Source: the human T2T-CHM13v2.0 reference genome, Homo sapiens. Taken from it: a stretch of 64,000 nucleotides of DNA. This document shows, piece by piece, positions 45,827 through 62,159 of this stretch; the first letter of the stretch is position 1; every line of letters begins with the position of its first letter. The notes beneath the pieces were generated by a model. The model did not search any database. It was not told where the DNA came from and saw only the letters and a list, made by a program, of their open reading frames with translations. The position numbers were made by a program, and so were the translations under genes. Where the stretch lies: assembly GCF_009914755.1 (NCBI RefSeq), contig NC_060934.1; one strand, written 5' to 3'.

Positions 45827-48606
45827 ATTTATTTTCAACAGTTTCATCTTTTATTCTTATTATTTTAGCTAGAACTTCTAAAATTGTTAAATTATATTGG
45901 CATAACAGACATTGTAATTTTGTTTTTGATTTTTATGAGAATGCTTTATTGTTTTGTAATTATGACTTGGCTGATATCCTGCCAAAAAGTCCACTTCTTC
46001 TTGCTTGACCACAGCTGCTGACTCATTTCATTTCACAACTGTACTTATTCACAGCTGTTCTTGCTCTGTTAGGATTAACAGAGCATTAACTATTTACACT
46101 ATCATGGGAGGGACATGGATCCTGACTTCCTTTGCTGTACACCCACAACCTGTGGGTCAGCCTTCTTCTATCCCATGCCGAAGAGAGGAGGGTAGATATC
46201 AGCTCCACAAGAGGAGAAGCTGGATACCGATTTTCCAGGTAGTCTTGTGCTCTTCAGATAGCAATGGATTTGTAACCCATCAACTCTATTTCTGAATTCA
46301 GCTTCCAATGATAGAACTTCCTTCCAGATTCTTGCAAATGGCTCAGTTTCAGTTTACAGTACTCTAACTTTTGTCTTGTTTTATGTCTTCATTGCCATTT
46401 TAATGGTAAACTGGGAGAGTCATAATAAGACAGCTGACTTGATGCTATCAAGTCCCAGAAGTCTGTCTATCATTTTCAAAAGTGAAAACTAAGGTACTTG
46501 GTGAACTGATTTGGTTTATTCATTAAATTAGTAGTCGGTGACTAAGCTAATTACCACAATATAATTACGGTAAATACTACATTTACATATGGTAAATATT
46601 TGATGTTCAGCAGAAATAATAAATTTGTGATTTAGTTTCATAAAGACCTGGCCAGGGAGTGATGTAGCTGGAAACAGAAAACCCAGGTATTTTCTGGCTA
46701 TCAATGTAATCTCAAAACATTATGACACTTTGTTGCAAATATTCATCTTTACCAAAACAAAGGTCACATTTTCATCCCAATATCAAGAAAAAATGGATTT
46801 ATAAAGGTGAATTCATTTTTTATTTTGTTTTTACAAACACATACAAGATATAATTAAGTCTAGGCAAAGATGAAAAGACATTACGTAAGTATCCGATTTT
46901 CTCAGAGTTTCCGTTCCTTAATTTAAAATTATCTTTTGGAAAGAAGAAACACATGCAGAAATAAGTTCAATTTTTACACTTGAGTAATTGTGGGCAGGAA
47001 ATAGTTTTTTATTTTATTTTAAATACTTTTACTTGAGCCTCCTTCTAAATGTACAGTTATTTCTAATATTATGAATTGCTACAATCAATAAACTGTTATG
47101 AAATGACAATAGATGTTGACTATCATGGCATTTGAGTGTTTAACAGCAACTTAACAATGTCATTTATATACTGAGTGACACTATATTAGAAGCAAGAAAT
47201 GAAGGATATGTTTAGTTTTTATAAAATCTCAAAGATCTATAGTAATTTATTCACAAAAAATTTATTGCACATAATGAACAATACCACATAAAAATACATG
47301 TTTGATAGCAAAAGAATACAAGGATAAAACATGTTTTGTTTTGTATTATAAAGATAAAAACAAATATAAATAACTATAAAACAAGCAACAAATTTTTACA
47401 TATTCCAGTTATTTTCTGAAGAATATTTTGCTTAGCTGAATGCAATTCTTCAGATTTTGGCCATTTACGTACTTTGTAAAATGTAGGTCTACCGTCCTGT
47501 GTGATAATTTTGTTTATCCAGAAAAATATTACTAGAAACAGTTCCTTAGGTGACAGTACCTCAAATGTAGCAGCAGGCTCTCTAGTACAAGACTTTTAGC
47601 CAATAACCTAGTGATTACTTAAGGACCAATGGAGGTATATACTATTGTTTCAAAAATGTACTGATAAGAAAATATTTGTAAAAGTGCATTATCTGACTAG
47701 TGTACACACGAGTCAGCCATGTATTCATTTCAATCTGTGGCATCTCCAAGCCATTGTCTTTAGCTTCCTGAACACTTTGGAGAAACTGAGACTGCACAGC
47801 ATAAGTGCCATCTAGTGGTGAAGGGTCTCCTAACTGCATTAGGAATTGAGAGAAAGGAAACATCCTTTCTAGTTGGAACGGTAACAGAGATTATATTATA
47901 TATAGATAAACAAACAGATATTTAAGAGAATGTAGTTATTTCACAAGCTAATTGGGTGTCAGAAGCATGGGTTATGTTGCCAGGACAAGGAGAGAAATGT
48001 CTGCTAAAGGCGACAGCTTATGTTTAGGAGTAATAGAAGATATGACTAGAAAAAAAATTGGGTCAAAATGGAAGACTGGAGAAAAATGTTTGGTCTTTAC
48101 ACTACAGGCAATGAAGAGCAGCCATCCATCCAAGAGTCACTGAGCAATTACTATGAGCCAAGCACCATGCTAGCTTCTGGGTGTAAAGTGATGACCAAAA
48201 TAAACATGGTACCAAAACCTCATGGAACTTCTGACCTAGACAAAACATTAAAAACATTATTATAGCTTCTGAGCAGGAAAGGAACAGAGTCAAAAGACTT
48301 GGGTTTGGCCTAGCTCAGTCACTTAGCCTCTGAGTCTGTAGAAAATAACAATTACTCTACCTATTTTACAAGACTGCACTAGGGAGAAAACTGTAGAGTA
48401 TGTAACATATGAAACAGTTTTCTTAAACTCTAAAGTTCTATATCAATGTAGCATATAATGCTAAAAACAGTGTTTTAGAACAAATATTCTGATAGAGGTA
48501 TGAAAAACAAAATGAAGAGAATGGAGACAGGGCATAAAACAAAATCCACCATGTAGTTATGTTATAGAATTTATTCAGCAATATAAAAGATTCATTTATA
48601 GCATAC

Positions 48607-48665
48607 CTGATATGGCAATCTTTCCTTTACATGCTGTTCGTTCTTTACTTTCAAATTTCACATCA
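48607..48665 (-). CDS. RTKN2: RTKN2 exon 3 (DVKFESKERTACKGKIAIS)
   Basis: ttgacag|TGATG ... TCAG|gtatgc; 59 nt, phase 2 to 1. Confidence 0.94.
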
Positions 48666-49278
48666 CTGTCAAAACAAAAAAACTTATGGAAAAAAGATCT
48701 TTTCTAATAAGCAATTATTTTAACAGTGTTTCACAAATGTCAAAATATTAAAAGCAAATGCATATCCGTGAATAATAATGACTTCCAGTTAATGTAAACT
48801 ATTTGACTCAAACTTTAAGATGTTTAGTCAAGTTAGCAAGTTAAAAGAAATATCTGGAGCCACTCCCGATTTTTCATATAAACTTTATATTCCTTGATGA
48901 CTGTATACTGGTTACTTTACAATGAAAGACTTTTGTGATCATTTATATCTGTAAACAAGATGTACAATATTTGTCCATGTCCCCAGAAGTATAATACCTT
49001 AGATCACAATTTCATATATTACATTTCTAACTTATCAGATACAGTGGCCTGGAAAAGTTAATGAACTTCCCAATCATGCAATTTACTGTCCAGGAGTATC
49101 TTATCCTTATAGAATCTGATAAATATCCAAAAAAGTACCCTCTGCTGTATAATCATATTTAATATCATATTTAATTTCCCCAAGATTCCAAAGAACTAAG
49201 TGTATGTTAAAATAATAAATTAACAAACTAAGATGAGAAACAGAGTAGCTCTGTAGACAGAATAAAATTTAGAGAGAA

Positions 49279-49539
49279 AAATATTACGATTCAAAGGAAA
49301 TTCTGGGGATATAAGACACTTCCAAATCTGAAGTTGGAATATTTTATTACCATGAAAACTTTAAAAAGATAGAAACAATCCAATCTTTGACTATTTCCCT
49401 AATATCCTAAATATTACGATTCAAAGGAAATTCTGGGGATATAAGACACTTCCAAATCTGAAGTTCGAATATTTTATTACCATGAAAACTTTAAAAAGAT
49501 AGAAACAATCCAATCTTTGACTATTTCCCTAATATCCTA
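49279..49539. repeat. Tandem duplication, 2 x 130 bp
   Basis: Copies differ only at 49336 g vs 49466 c. Confidence 0.97.
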
Positions 49540-52500
49540 TTTTCCTAATAAACTGCATTTAGAGATTAGCATTCCATTTACAGGGCAATATTTCTAAGAG
49601 TATTCTTTGTATTTTTCATTCCTATTTAATTTGGTCAGCTAATTAACTACCAGCTAATTTAATTTGTTACTTCAAATAAGTGATAAGATGGAAATTTTCC
49701 ATTTGGATATTGTTTGATTCTAAGAAGGCTTCTGGAGAAAGACTGATGGGAGTTTGAAATGGGACTTTATCTAAGTAATTTTTGGAAGAGGATGACAGCA
49801 ACACACTGCTTTCAGTAGGTCTGTTAAAAAGACTGCCAATATATTCATTATAATGCATCCAAATTTGAAAACAAATATATCATCCTGCTTTTTTGCCCCT
49901 TTACTGGATGAAACTCATAAATATATAGGTGACATATATTTTGAATGAGCTAAAATAATTTACTGATGTAAAGTTCATACGTTTATATGAGATATTTACA
50001 TAGTATTTATAGAATTATACATTAGGTATGACTAAAATAATGCAGTATATTTAAAGCCATATATTCTCAGAATTCTACCTAATTACTTTATGGCCATATC
50101 TGGTATTAAAACTAGGGAATTCACTCAGTGAAACATACAAATACTCATTGTTTATTTCAAAATAAAGTTTCATTGAATCATAAATTTTAAAAAGAGTGAA
50201 GTTCAACATTTTATATTAGTTTGTAATGTCAGAGAAGATTATCTTGCTTATTACTTCCTCACAGAATAAAAAGTTCAATTCAACAGTTCAATTGAACAGT
50301 TTATTATCTATTTTGGTGAAATAATATATTGAAAGGCCCACTAGAAATCAAACACAAATCTCAATTTCTTCAAACTTGTGCAAGAAATACAATACAAACA
50401 TAATTGGTTGGCATTTGAAAGTAATATTTCTGAAAATGCCTATATGAGCAATACATAATATAAATTCTTAAAATACTTATTTCAGTGAAAAAGTACAAGG
50501 AAGCTCAAATATAGTGAATAACTTAAGTATTATGGAATAGGTCACAGATTATTCTAAAGTTGAGATCCATTAGGTATTATTAAATTGGATTAAATTTGAG
50601 GCTTTGGCAGGCGAATGAAATTCTGAAATACTAGAACTACCAAAAGCAAACTTGCTGAATATTTACCAAGAAAAATTTCCCCCTTCCAAACTACTCAACT
50701 ACCTGGCAGAGTATAGCTTTCTCCCCTGCAATTATAAATTATTTGCATAGGCATTTCCAGGACTGGTAAGCAAACTTAGTATACACAAATATTGTCAAAC
50801 TATAATATAAATTCAATTAACCATATAATCTTAGAGAATTAAGTCTGTCTTTTAAAAAATGAGAGGAGAAAAACTGAAGTAATTCAGCCTCAATTTTCTG
50901 AAGCTTGAATTACTTTCAATTCAAATAACAAAACTGCTATTTAGGGTACTAAAATGTGATGTTTTTCTAATTAATCCAAATTGACAATGAAATTGTTAAA
51001 CACTATCTGTCTAATAATGTGCTACTGTAGCTAACAGTTTGCTTAATATAAATACTTGTTCAAAAATCTGCAATATTAATTCTAATTCTGAATGCTAGAA
51101 TTAGAGAGCCAGCCTGAGGAAATAGCAAATAACCACAAAATTACCAAAACAAAGCATAGCTAGATAATAGTGGACCTTATCCATATGAACCCAGTCTAGA
51201 GAATTATTTTGGCTGAGATTTGTAAATGCTAATTTAAAAGACAGAGATAAACATATAAAAGACAAACTTAATTTTTATTACTTATATTTCTGCCTGTAGG
51301 TAAATAAAATGACCAAAAGAGGGTGCCAATCTGCCACATTGTTGCTCAAAAATTTGTATTAAAATTGACTGAGTAAATACAGATTATCCTACCTTATATT
51401 GTTCCAAGCGGGAATTTAAAACAGCATTTCTTTGCCAAAATTAACAAGTTATAATGAGAAATAGCCCAATGATGAAAGCATTTTACATTTTCTTAACGAA
51501 GTACTAAAATAATTCTAAATGGGAGTCTATTATTTGAAAGCAGGTTATAAAATCCTTTACCTCTGATACAAATAAGTAAAAATTAAAACACTCAAACGTT
51601 TAGCATGAAATTTTAACCCATCCTAAAACTATGCTATAAAATTTATAGCTTCATAAATATCTTAAAAATAAAATCGGTAATGTCTTTAAATACAAGTTTT
51701 ATTATAGAACTAAGAGTACACAATTTTCACTTCCAACCTATACGTTTTCTTTTTTGAGATACAGTACCTGAGCAATGAACAAAAACACTGGAGGATGAGA
51801 GAGTAGGATAATAATCATACAAAGCTCACAAAATTATTTTGGCAATATTAAAAATCACAATTATGTTGAATGACACACATAATTCAGTGCTATAAATGAC
51901 ACTGATTAGTATTGTTTTTACAAAGCCAAATAAAGCATTTCAGAAGTAGGTCAAGAAGAATGAACTGGGTTGAGCAGGGGTTGCGGGGTTGGGGGGTGGT
52001 GGGGGCAGTGGGAAGGGCACAGATGGAGGATATTGCTGAAATATAAGCTCCGTGTGTACTTTTTTTGTGCGTGGGGGTGGGGGTGGGGCGTCTACTTTGT
52101 TCAGTGCTCTATCACCAGTGCTTGGTATTCAGCTCAGTACATTCTAAAGAACTCAATGAATGTTTAGGGACTGTTAAATGAAATGAAGTAAGGATACGTT
52201 CATTTTGATGGAACAGGCAGTAGATAGGGATTCTAAAGTCTTAGAATTGGATTTTACTCATTATTAACTAATTACATAAGTGGGTTGCTATTAATCTTTT
52301 AACCTCAGCATCTTTATCTGTAAAGTGGCAAAAAGATTCACTATCTCACAGAGATACTAAATGAATTAATATTTTAAATGTATCCTATGTCATTCTTCAA
52401 AATGTTACACAAATACAAGGATTACTTTCTGAGTATTTATATTTTTGGCCTCAGTATTTAGGTTGGGGCTCACATAGAAGAGGCACTAAACCATTTGTTA

Positions 52501-53120
52501 AAGTGATCAGGGAATGACTTACCAGTTCCTGTAAAACAGTAGTAGCCATCTAAATCAGATTATTTTCACACATTCTACAAAAGCCTTCAGATCAACAAGG
52601 AAAGCAAATAAAATGACCTACAGTCCACACCAACAGCATAGCTAGAAAACAGAGACTTCTACAAATTTTAATTTAACGTAAATGGGGAAACTAACATCTG
52701 AAACCGTCAAAACCAGCTTGTAGAAGCCTTGCATATAAGAATGAGGTGGGCATTGCAAAACACAAGCAATATCAACTTGGGATTTCCCCTAGAAGAAGTG
52801 TGAATGGGTCTAAGACCTAGTGGATACCAGAGCACTGGTTCCAGGAGAGATAAAAGAAAGGGCTCCAAAAGTACTTTGATTCAAAAGTTAAGTCCTGTAA
52901 GATACACAAGAATGAGTGAGGTGTCCTTTGGAGCCTTGGCTACGAAGAAAAAGAAGGAAGAAAGTAGACGAAGTTTAATATTCCAAGAAACACTAGTTTC
53001 AAACATTAGTATCAAAGAACAGAAAATTAACCAACCAGCATCCCAAAAGACATCATTTATTAAGGAAACTACTCTTCACAGTTCCAATAATAAAAAACAT
53101 TCTTGAACTAAGAAACCAAA

Positions 53121-54072
<952 letters not shown>

Positions 54073-54299
54073 GATCCCTTCTAGTAACCTCCCACCTGAC
54101 TTCTAATCACTTGGCTCAGAAAAATCCTACATATTTCATTAGGGACAAAAATGGACTCCAATTACCCATAGAAAACTACTATAAATAAAAGTAGATAATC
54201 AAAACTCTTCATTTGATTAAAATCCTCTACCAACTCCACCTCCAAAAAATATAAAGTAACAAAAACCATAACACAATACTCCAAAATGAATTAAGTGCA

Positions 54300-56260
54300 T
54301 TTATACAAATTATTGCAAATATGAAAGAAACCAGGAATCTAAAATCCAAAATTTGAGACTAGTAAAGAATAAACAATAGGCAGATATGCAAAGAGAGGAG
54401 AGAATGAGAGGAAAGAACAAGGAGAGAAACTGGAAAAATAAAATCATTTCTGAAATGAACATTAAAATATAAGGTGTCCAATGATAAATATATAGAAGCA
54501 AAAGTACACAAAGAGACATAGTAAATGGGAATGAAAAGAACCAAAAGAACAAAAATGAAATAAAGTATTAAAAAAGATCAGAAAGTGATAGACACAGAGG
54601 ACAGGCAAAGAAGATCCAACGTATATGTAATCAGAATTCTTAAACAGGAAAAACAAAACAATGAGATAGAAATAATATTTTTATATAATTCAGAAAGATG
54701 TTCTGAAAATAAAAAAGAACAATCTACATATCAAAAGAGCCCCAAAATGTGCCAAATGGTCAGCCTTACACACATTCCAGTAAAATAATCAGACTTTAAG
54801 ATAAAGAAAAGTACTTTCAGTCTCCAGGCAAAAAGTCAAACTCATTTACAAAGGAAAGAAAATGAAAGATTAGATTTCTTAATAACAATACAATGGAGCA
54901 AAGTCTTCACAAAACTCAAGGAAAGAATGTGTTGGCTAAGGAATTTATAACTAGCAAAGTCACCCTAAAAGTAGAAACACTAAAGAAAAACACCTTAAAC
55001 ATGCAAGAAAGTGAAGGAAACCGTACTCATGTGGAAGAATCTTCTAGCTGATGAACTTCTTCCAAAAGGATGATTTTGGAAAGTACAACGGAAGAACAAG
55101 AAGTGAAAATTATACCTATTTAATTGCATATCAAAGACTAAAACAAAGGTGAAGATATGACTATAAGATTATTATGTAAATATTATCCATTCCACCAAAG
55201 TAGAAATAACACAACTTGAAAAAAAAAGTGGAGTAGGGGAAATACAATAAGCTCATTGATCTTGACATAGATAGTAGCTGGAAAAAAATGATATTACTAA
55301 AAGCAAAAAATCAAAATAGCAGAAGCCTGAGTTAGGCCATTCTTGCATTGCTATAAAGGAATACCTAAGGCTAGGTAAATTAAGAAGAGGTTTAGTTGGC
55401 TCATGGAGCTAAGGGAAATACATAAAAAAACTTATAAGAACTAAGGGCATTATATAGTTATCGGTATATAAAGTTTTTTTATATAAAATTATAGTAACTA
55501 CTATGACTTATAAAATGCTTCCAAAATTTAAGAAAACAGACCACATAGTAAAAGACTAATTATAATACACACAGTTAACATAATATAAAAGAATATTACA
55601 GTGGCTGAAACCAGATATATCAGTTATATCAGTAAATATAAAATGTCTTAATTTTCCCATTAAAAGGATTTCCAGATTGGCTTGTAATATAAAACCCAAC
55701 TCTAGGATGAACACAAGAAACAAGTCTTCAAAGGTGAGTCAGAAAGGCTAAAAATAAGGAGATGGACAAAGATATATGAAACAAATACAAATAAGAAAAC
55801 AGAGGATGTGATTTTGTTACCAGGCAAAATTCAGGTTCAAAAACATTACCTGAGACAACAACAGAAGGACACTTTATAATGCAAAAGGCTGCAGCTAACA
55901 ATGAATATATCGCAAGTACCGAATGTACCAAATGTTACAGAGCATCTCCCTAAAGCACAATGTACAGAAGATACAAGGATGAAGACAAGCTTTAATAATA
56001 AAAAATCTTAACCTATCTGTTTCAGTACAAGACAGTTCAATGGGTCAAAAAATAAGGAAGGTTACAGAAAACCTAACACAGTCATTAACACAGATCTTTC
56101 GAACTCCTTTGGCTAACTTTACACCCTTATAAAAAGAAATGTAACTTCAAAAGCCAATGTGACAGTCATGAAAACAGACCATATTAAGTCATAAAGAAAA
56201 CCTCAACATGTTCCATAAAGTAGAAAAAATAAAAATTTATTTGATTAAAATGCAATTTTA
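54300..56260 (+). mobile_element. Ancient L1M ORF1/ORF2 relic, with a short MaLR fragment at about 55328-55407
   Basis: gaggacaggcaaagaagatccaac, tataaaacccaact, gaaggacactttataatg, cataaagaaaacctcaac. Confidence 0.7.
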
Positions 56261-56748
56261 ATCAATTAAAATTCCTCTTTTGGTAATGGCAGAGTAGCTC
56301 ATGCTGGAGAAATCTTCCCACAGAAAACAATAAAAAATATAGAAAAACTATTTTAAAAACATCTACCTGAAGTGACTGGCATGTGACCAAAACTATACAG
56401 AAATTTGAAAAGAATCAACACTGGAAAAAGTGATACAGTGGAAAAAAAATAATTGATACATGATGAATCTCAAAAGCATTATGCTGAAAGAAAGAAACCT
56501 CCACTGTATAGTTCTATTTATACTAAGTTCCAGAACAGGCAAAATTAACCTACAGTGGAAAAAAAAGTCAGAATAGTGGCTGATTCTTGGGGTGGGAACC
56601 GTGACAAGAGCTACTAATTGGAAACTGGGAAGGAGGACACAGAAACACTATCTATCCAAAAAAGTAATTAATTCAAAGAGAAAAAAAGCAAACAGAAACA
56701 AATAAGTCTGTTTATGATTTAATAACAAGACCATAAGAAAAAGTTCAT

Positions 56749-57128
56749 TGATATGGTTTGGCTCTGTGTCCCACCCAAATCTCATGTTGAATTGTAATCC
56801 CCAGTGCTGGGGGAGAGACCTGGTGGGAGGTGATTGAATCATGGGGGCGGATTTCCCCCTTGCTATTCTCATGATAGTGAGTTCTCAAGAGATCTGGTTG
56901 TTTAAAAGTGTGTAGCATTTCCCCATTAGTTCGCTCGCTCTTCTGTCGCCATGTGAAGGAAATGCTTGCTTTCCCTTCACCCTTTTGCCATGACTGTAAG
57001 TTTCCTCAGGCCTCCAAGCCATGCTTCCTGTATAGCATGCAGAACTGTGAGTCAATTAAACCTCTTTTCTTCTTAAATTACCCAATCTCAGGTGGTCCTT
57101 TATAGCATTGTGAGAACAAAGTAATACA
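56749..57128 (+). mobile_element. MSTA-like MaLR solo LTR
   Basis: tgatatggtttggctctgtgtccc ... attaaacctcttt ... taataca. Confidence 0.9.
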
Positions 57129-57265
57129 ATTATTTCAAGTAATTTTTGAGTACTCTCCACCTATATCCACAGGGATGTACATATATGTGTATATATACGT
57201 ATACACACACAAAGAACTGCAAAGAACTTATTTTAAATTGTGTCATAAAGAAATAAAATAGATTA

Positions 57266-57599
57266 GGCTGAACATGGTGGCTCACGCCTGTAATCCCAGT
57301 GTTTTGGGAGGCTGAGGTGGGAGGACTGCTTGAGGCCAGGAGTTCAAGATCAGCCTGGGCAAGATAGCATGACCCTGTTTCTACAAAATAAAAAAATAAG
57401 CAAGCTGAGAGACAAAAAATAAATAAGTTAGCTGGGTGTGTTGGCATGAACCTGTAGTCCTAGGTACTTGGGAGGCTGAGGCAGGAAGATCACTTGAACC
57501 CAGAAGTTTGAGGCTACGGCAAGCTATCATTGTGTCACTGCACTCTAGCCTGGGAGACACAGTGAGACCCTGTCTCTAAAAAAATTAAAAAATAAAAAT
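57266..57599 (+). mobile_element. Alu (J-type) with expanded linker
   Basis: Alu consensus; TSD-like gaaataaaatagatt / gaaataaaatggact. Confidence 0.9.
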
Positions 57600-58629
57600 G
57601 AAATAAAATGGACTGGACAGAGGGATAAAACAAATATTAACTGTAGAACCTTAGTGGTAGGTATATGGGTATTCACTGTATAATTCTTTCAACTTTTCTG
57701 TATGTTGGAAAATTTTCATAATTTCTGTATGTTAAAAAAGAATTGTAAGGAAATCTTGAACTTGCCTAAGTAGGTTTATTGTCAGTAATAATATTGGTAC
57801 TGTAATCAAAAACCTATAAATATTGATATAAACTCATGATTTTTTCATCTCTTTCATCACTATGTCCACTGAAAAAGCCTAGAAGCAGTGATACCCCAGG
57901 AACCGTGAGCATACCTAGTGCCCAGGTTTGGCATTCAAAATATGATTCACCAGTAAAGGGAGCCAGGTGTCAGAGAAATGGCTGACTCTAGGCATGGGGC
58001 AGGGAAAATATAAAGCAAGAATGGATCGTCTTTTTGTGTCAGGAAGCAAGAGATTCTTAGTGACTATAAATGATAATAAAACATTGAATAAAAATCCAGG
58101 AATGGAGAGACTAAAGAGAGGAATGTCCTTCTTTATAGAAGAGTATCAGCCAATAAGTGTAGAAGGAATACTAGAATTAGATAATCACAGTTTTACAAAC
58201 CCCATTATAAATGTAATTGATTTAGGGAAGAATCATAAATGGATGATAAAGCCATTAAGTTAAAGCTCATTGGATAACAGAATACTCACCCAATTCCAAC
58301 ACCCCACAGATTATTTATGAACTGCAAAGGGAAAACCATTTTATCATGAAGAAGAAAGCTGGCAACTGCCATCTAAAGCAAGGGTTTAAACTCAGCATTA
58401 CCTGGTGGTAAGACCAGATATCATATTGCATCAATTGGGAGCATATAATGGTCCCCAGCCTCACCTAGAAAAAAATGTTTAACTTGAGTCTGATAAAGCC
58501 TTTAGACTCAATGTCCATCTATGGCAAAAACACAGAATATGAGAAAAGGTTCAATGATACTTCAGGGAAACAACCAGGCAAATGCAGAATGCAGGATACT
58601 TTAAAGGCTATATTTTTAAAATCTAGACT

Positions 58630-58941
<312 letters not shown>

Positions 58942-61580
58942 TAAGTATAAATGACAAGGGGTTTTTAGAAATAGGCAGAGTAATTAAAAGAAACTGGAGT
59001 TATAACCAAATGTACTGCATAGATCTTGACTGAATTCTGGTTTGGGGGAAAAAAAGATAAACAGTTTTCTTCTGACAACTTGGTAAAATTGAATATGGAT
59101 GGGATATTAGATTATTATGGAATTACTAATATTTTGTATATAATATTTTGATTATGTAGAAGAATGTTATTTTTAAAAGATCCATGCCAAATTATTGTGG
59201 TGTGTGTGCCATGTTGTCTGCAACTTATTTTTAAATGGTTCAACAACAAAAAAGAAAAATGTGTGCATGTATACACATGCTAGTATGTGTATTTGTGTAT
59301 GCGTGTGTGTGTGTGTGTGTGTATAGAAAAAATGGTAGAGTAGATGAAGTGAATATATATAGCAAGCTATTAACTGGACAACCTAGGGGGAGAATATACA
59401 TGATGTTGATTGTACTATTCTTGTAATTTTTACGTATGTAAATTTCATAATAAAAAGTTGATTAAAAAGCAAACATAGTTAGGAATAAATGACAATCTGG
59501 AACATGATGAACAGACACTTAGACCAACAAATGACAGTAAGAACCTAAGAACATAAAAGAAGGTGACAAAAAAAAAAGTAACTGGTATATAATTAACTCC
59601 TATTAAATTCTAAGCCCTATTTGCTCATCATATACATTAAGGGGATACAAGGCAAAACTTTATTTATGAAGCATACATTAAATTGTTCTTAAGTAAGTAC
59701 ACAACACTGTTGGTGTTCTGCGGGATATAAGGTAGAAAGAAGGAGAGAACCAAGAGTTACCTCAGCTATGAGTTGCCTCTAAGCTCCAGGCACCAAATCC
59801 TCACAGTAATCCTGTGAAATTAATGGTGATATCAATTCTATTTCACTGATAAGAAGAATCAGACATTGTCCCTGTTTCCAAAAGCTTATAATTTATGAAA
59901 AGATATGTTGCTTATAAATAGCTCTATTAGAATTTAGTATGTTATAGTGAGGTATTCATGATTTGGATGGTACTAGAAGTAAAAGGAGGTAAATAGTCAT
60001 TTTTTGGGTCCTTACCATGGACATAAAGGAATAATTATTTTCTGAATACAATTATCAAGGAAACTTTGAGGCAGGTGTGGTGTCCCAGAACAAGTGGGTT
60101 TTATCAAGTGAGAATGAAAGATATGGCACTTCAGTGTAAGCAAACACACTGGAGATGTGAAAATCCAAGAACTATTTTCGGGATACCAATCAAGCATTTG
60201 GCTGCAATAAATTTGTAAAGCAGAAATTGAAAGATAAGAGTGCAAGGAGTTTGGGATCAGACCACAAGGATTCTGGAATGCCTATTTCAGTAAATGGAAA
60301 CCAATAGCTATTTTTTGAAAGTAGACTGAAATAAACCATCTTTTAAGTAGCCATATCCAGCCACAGCATGCAGAAAAAAAGGTACAATGATAGTTTACTA
60401 GTCAAAAGTCCAGCAAATTAACAGACTGCTATAACCAAGCCACGATACCTCTAAATTGAGGCAGTAAGCAACCTATGCACCTCATCCTAACGACCTACTG
60501 CCTACCCAATCCAGAAAGGTTTTTACATCCTGACTCCATTGGGAACTGTACAGAAGCCTGGGTATTTTGGCTTGTTCAAGCATAAAGAACAGGCAATGTA
60601 CTAGGTATTTCATACCCAAACACAACTTAGAAAAAAGTTTTTGTTATATTATTGGAACAGTATGGTAATAGAACATTTAACCAGTTGCCAATATTCTCAG
60701 GATTGTGTGGTTTTAAAAAAACAACAAATGATATTAGTGATTTCTTAACTGTGGTTCCTCATCTAAAGCAGAGTAACCATTGATTGAATTCTTCCAAGGG
60801 TGGTACAAAAGTAGCACTATTCTATATGCAGCAGTTAAGTCAATGCATACAATGAACTTCTTAGGACATTAGGACTTAATTCTTTCCTGGAACCCGAGTT
60901 TTAAAAGGCTTTAGAATGAAGTAAGATTATTTGACTTCTTAAATAATTTCACTGGATTGAGAAATAACTTAAAACTTCTTGCAGAATGATTATGTACAGA
61001 GAGCACTTTGAGTGAAGATCTATTAGAAAAGCCCTAAAGAAATCCACACACAGTTTTGATTTCCTCATTTCTCTAATAAAAGCTTACTTCTTTATATGAT
61101 CATTTCTATGTCTGCCTATTCTTAAATATTTTCCCTAAAAACTGGTTATTTCAATTATTTACTCTCATCTTTTTAATACCCTGCTGCCAAATAACCTTCC
61201 CCAAATACTTGTTTTTATCATACTTCTTCCTTGCTTAAAATAAAATGATAAAACATAACAGGATATAGAATATTCAAGATTTTTTTAATTCCAGAATTCA
61301 ATAATTAAGAGAAACAATGTTTTTATATGAATGATGAAGAAATATACATGTGTATATGTAACATAAAAGATATTTTCACGGGTAAGCAAATATATATATA
61401 AAGCCCTGTAATAGCTCACCATGGCAGCTTGGAGCAATAGTTAAAAAAAAGCACAGGTTCTTTTTTGGACGGAGTGGGAGATGGAGGTACATGGGTTTTT
61501 AAGTCACCTGGATTCATGACCTAGCCACAAAGGCACTGTGTATCCTTAAAGAGTTACAGCCTTTAAAAGAGGTTTATATC

Positions 61581-61943
61581 TGATATGGTTTGGCTGTCTC
61601 CCCACCCAAATCTCATCTTGAATTGCAGCTCCCATAATCCCCATGTGTCATGGGAGGGACCATCAGGAGGTAACTGAATCATAGGGGCAGGTTTTTCCTG
61701 CACTGTTCTCATGACAGTGAGTAAGTCTCCCAAGATCTGATGGTTTTATAAAGGGCAGTTCCCCTGCACATGATCTCTTGCCTGCTGACATGTAAGAGAT
61801 GACTTTGCTTCTCCTTCGCCTTCTGCCATGACTATGAGGCCTCCCCAGTCATGTGAACCGTGAGTGCATTAAACCTCTTTTTCTTAATAAATTACTCAGT
61901 CTCGGGTATATCTGTATTAACAGTGTGAAAATGAACTAATACA
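61581..61943 (+). mobile_element. THE1 (B/C/D-like) MaLR solo LTR
   Basis: tgatatggtttggctgt ... actaataca with perfect 5-bp TSD atatc (61576-61580 and 61944-61948). Confidence 0.93.
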
Positions 61944-62159
61944 ATATCTTTCTCCATTTTTAATGTGATATTTGTGAACATCTTACACAATGCCTGGCAC
62001 CTGGAAAGGCTGTTAATTAATACCAAAGAACTCTGTAGCATTCCAGGCTTTCTTGAATCTTGCTTCCTCCTTCCTTTTCATCTTTGCCTTGATCTTCAGA
62101 CTCAACACAACAGATCTTTTCCCTGCTCCTGAATAATTCATATTTATTTTTCAAAGTAA

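Noticed and set aside
52523-52549. ATG-initiated mini-exon with strong donor CTG|gtaagt as an alternative first exon
   Set aside because: Its frame meets TGA at the first codon of exon 3; no promoter features nearby
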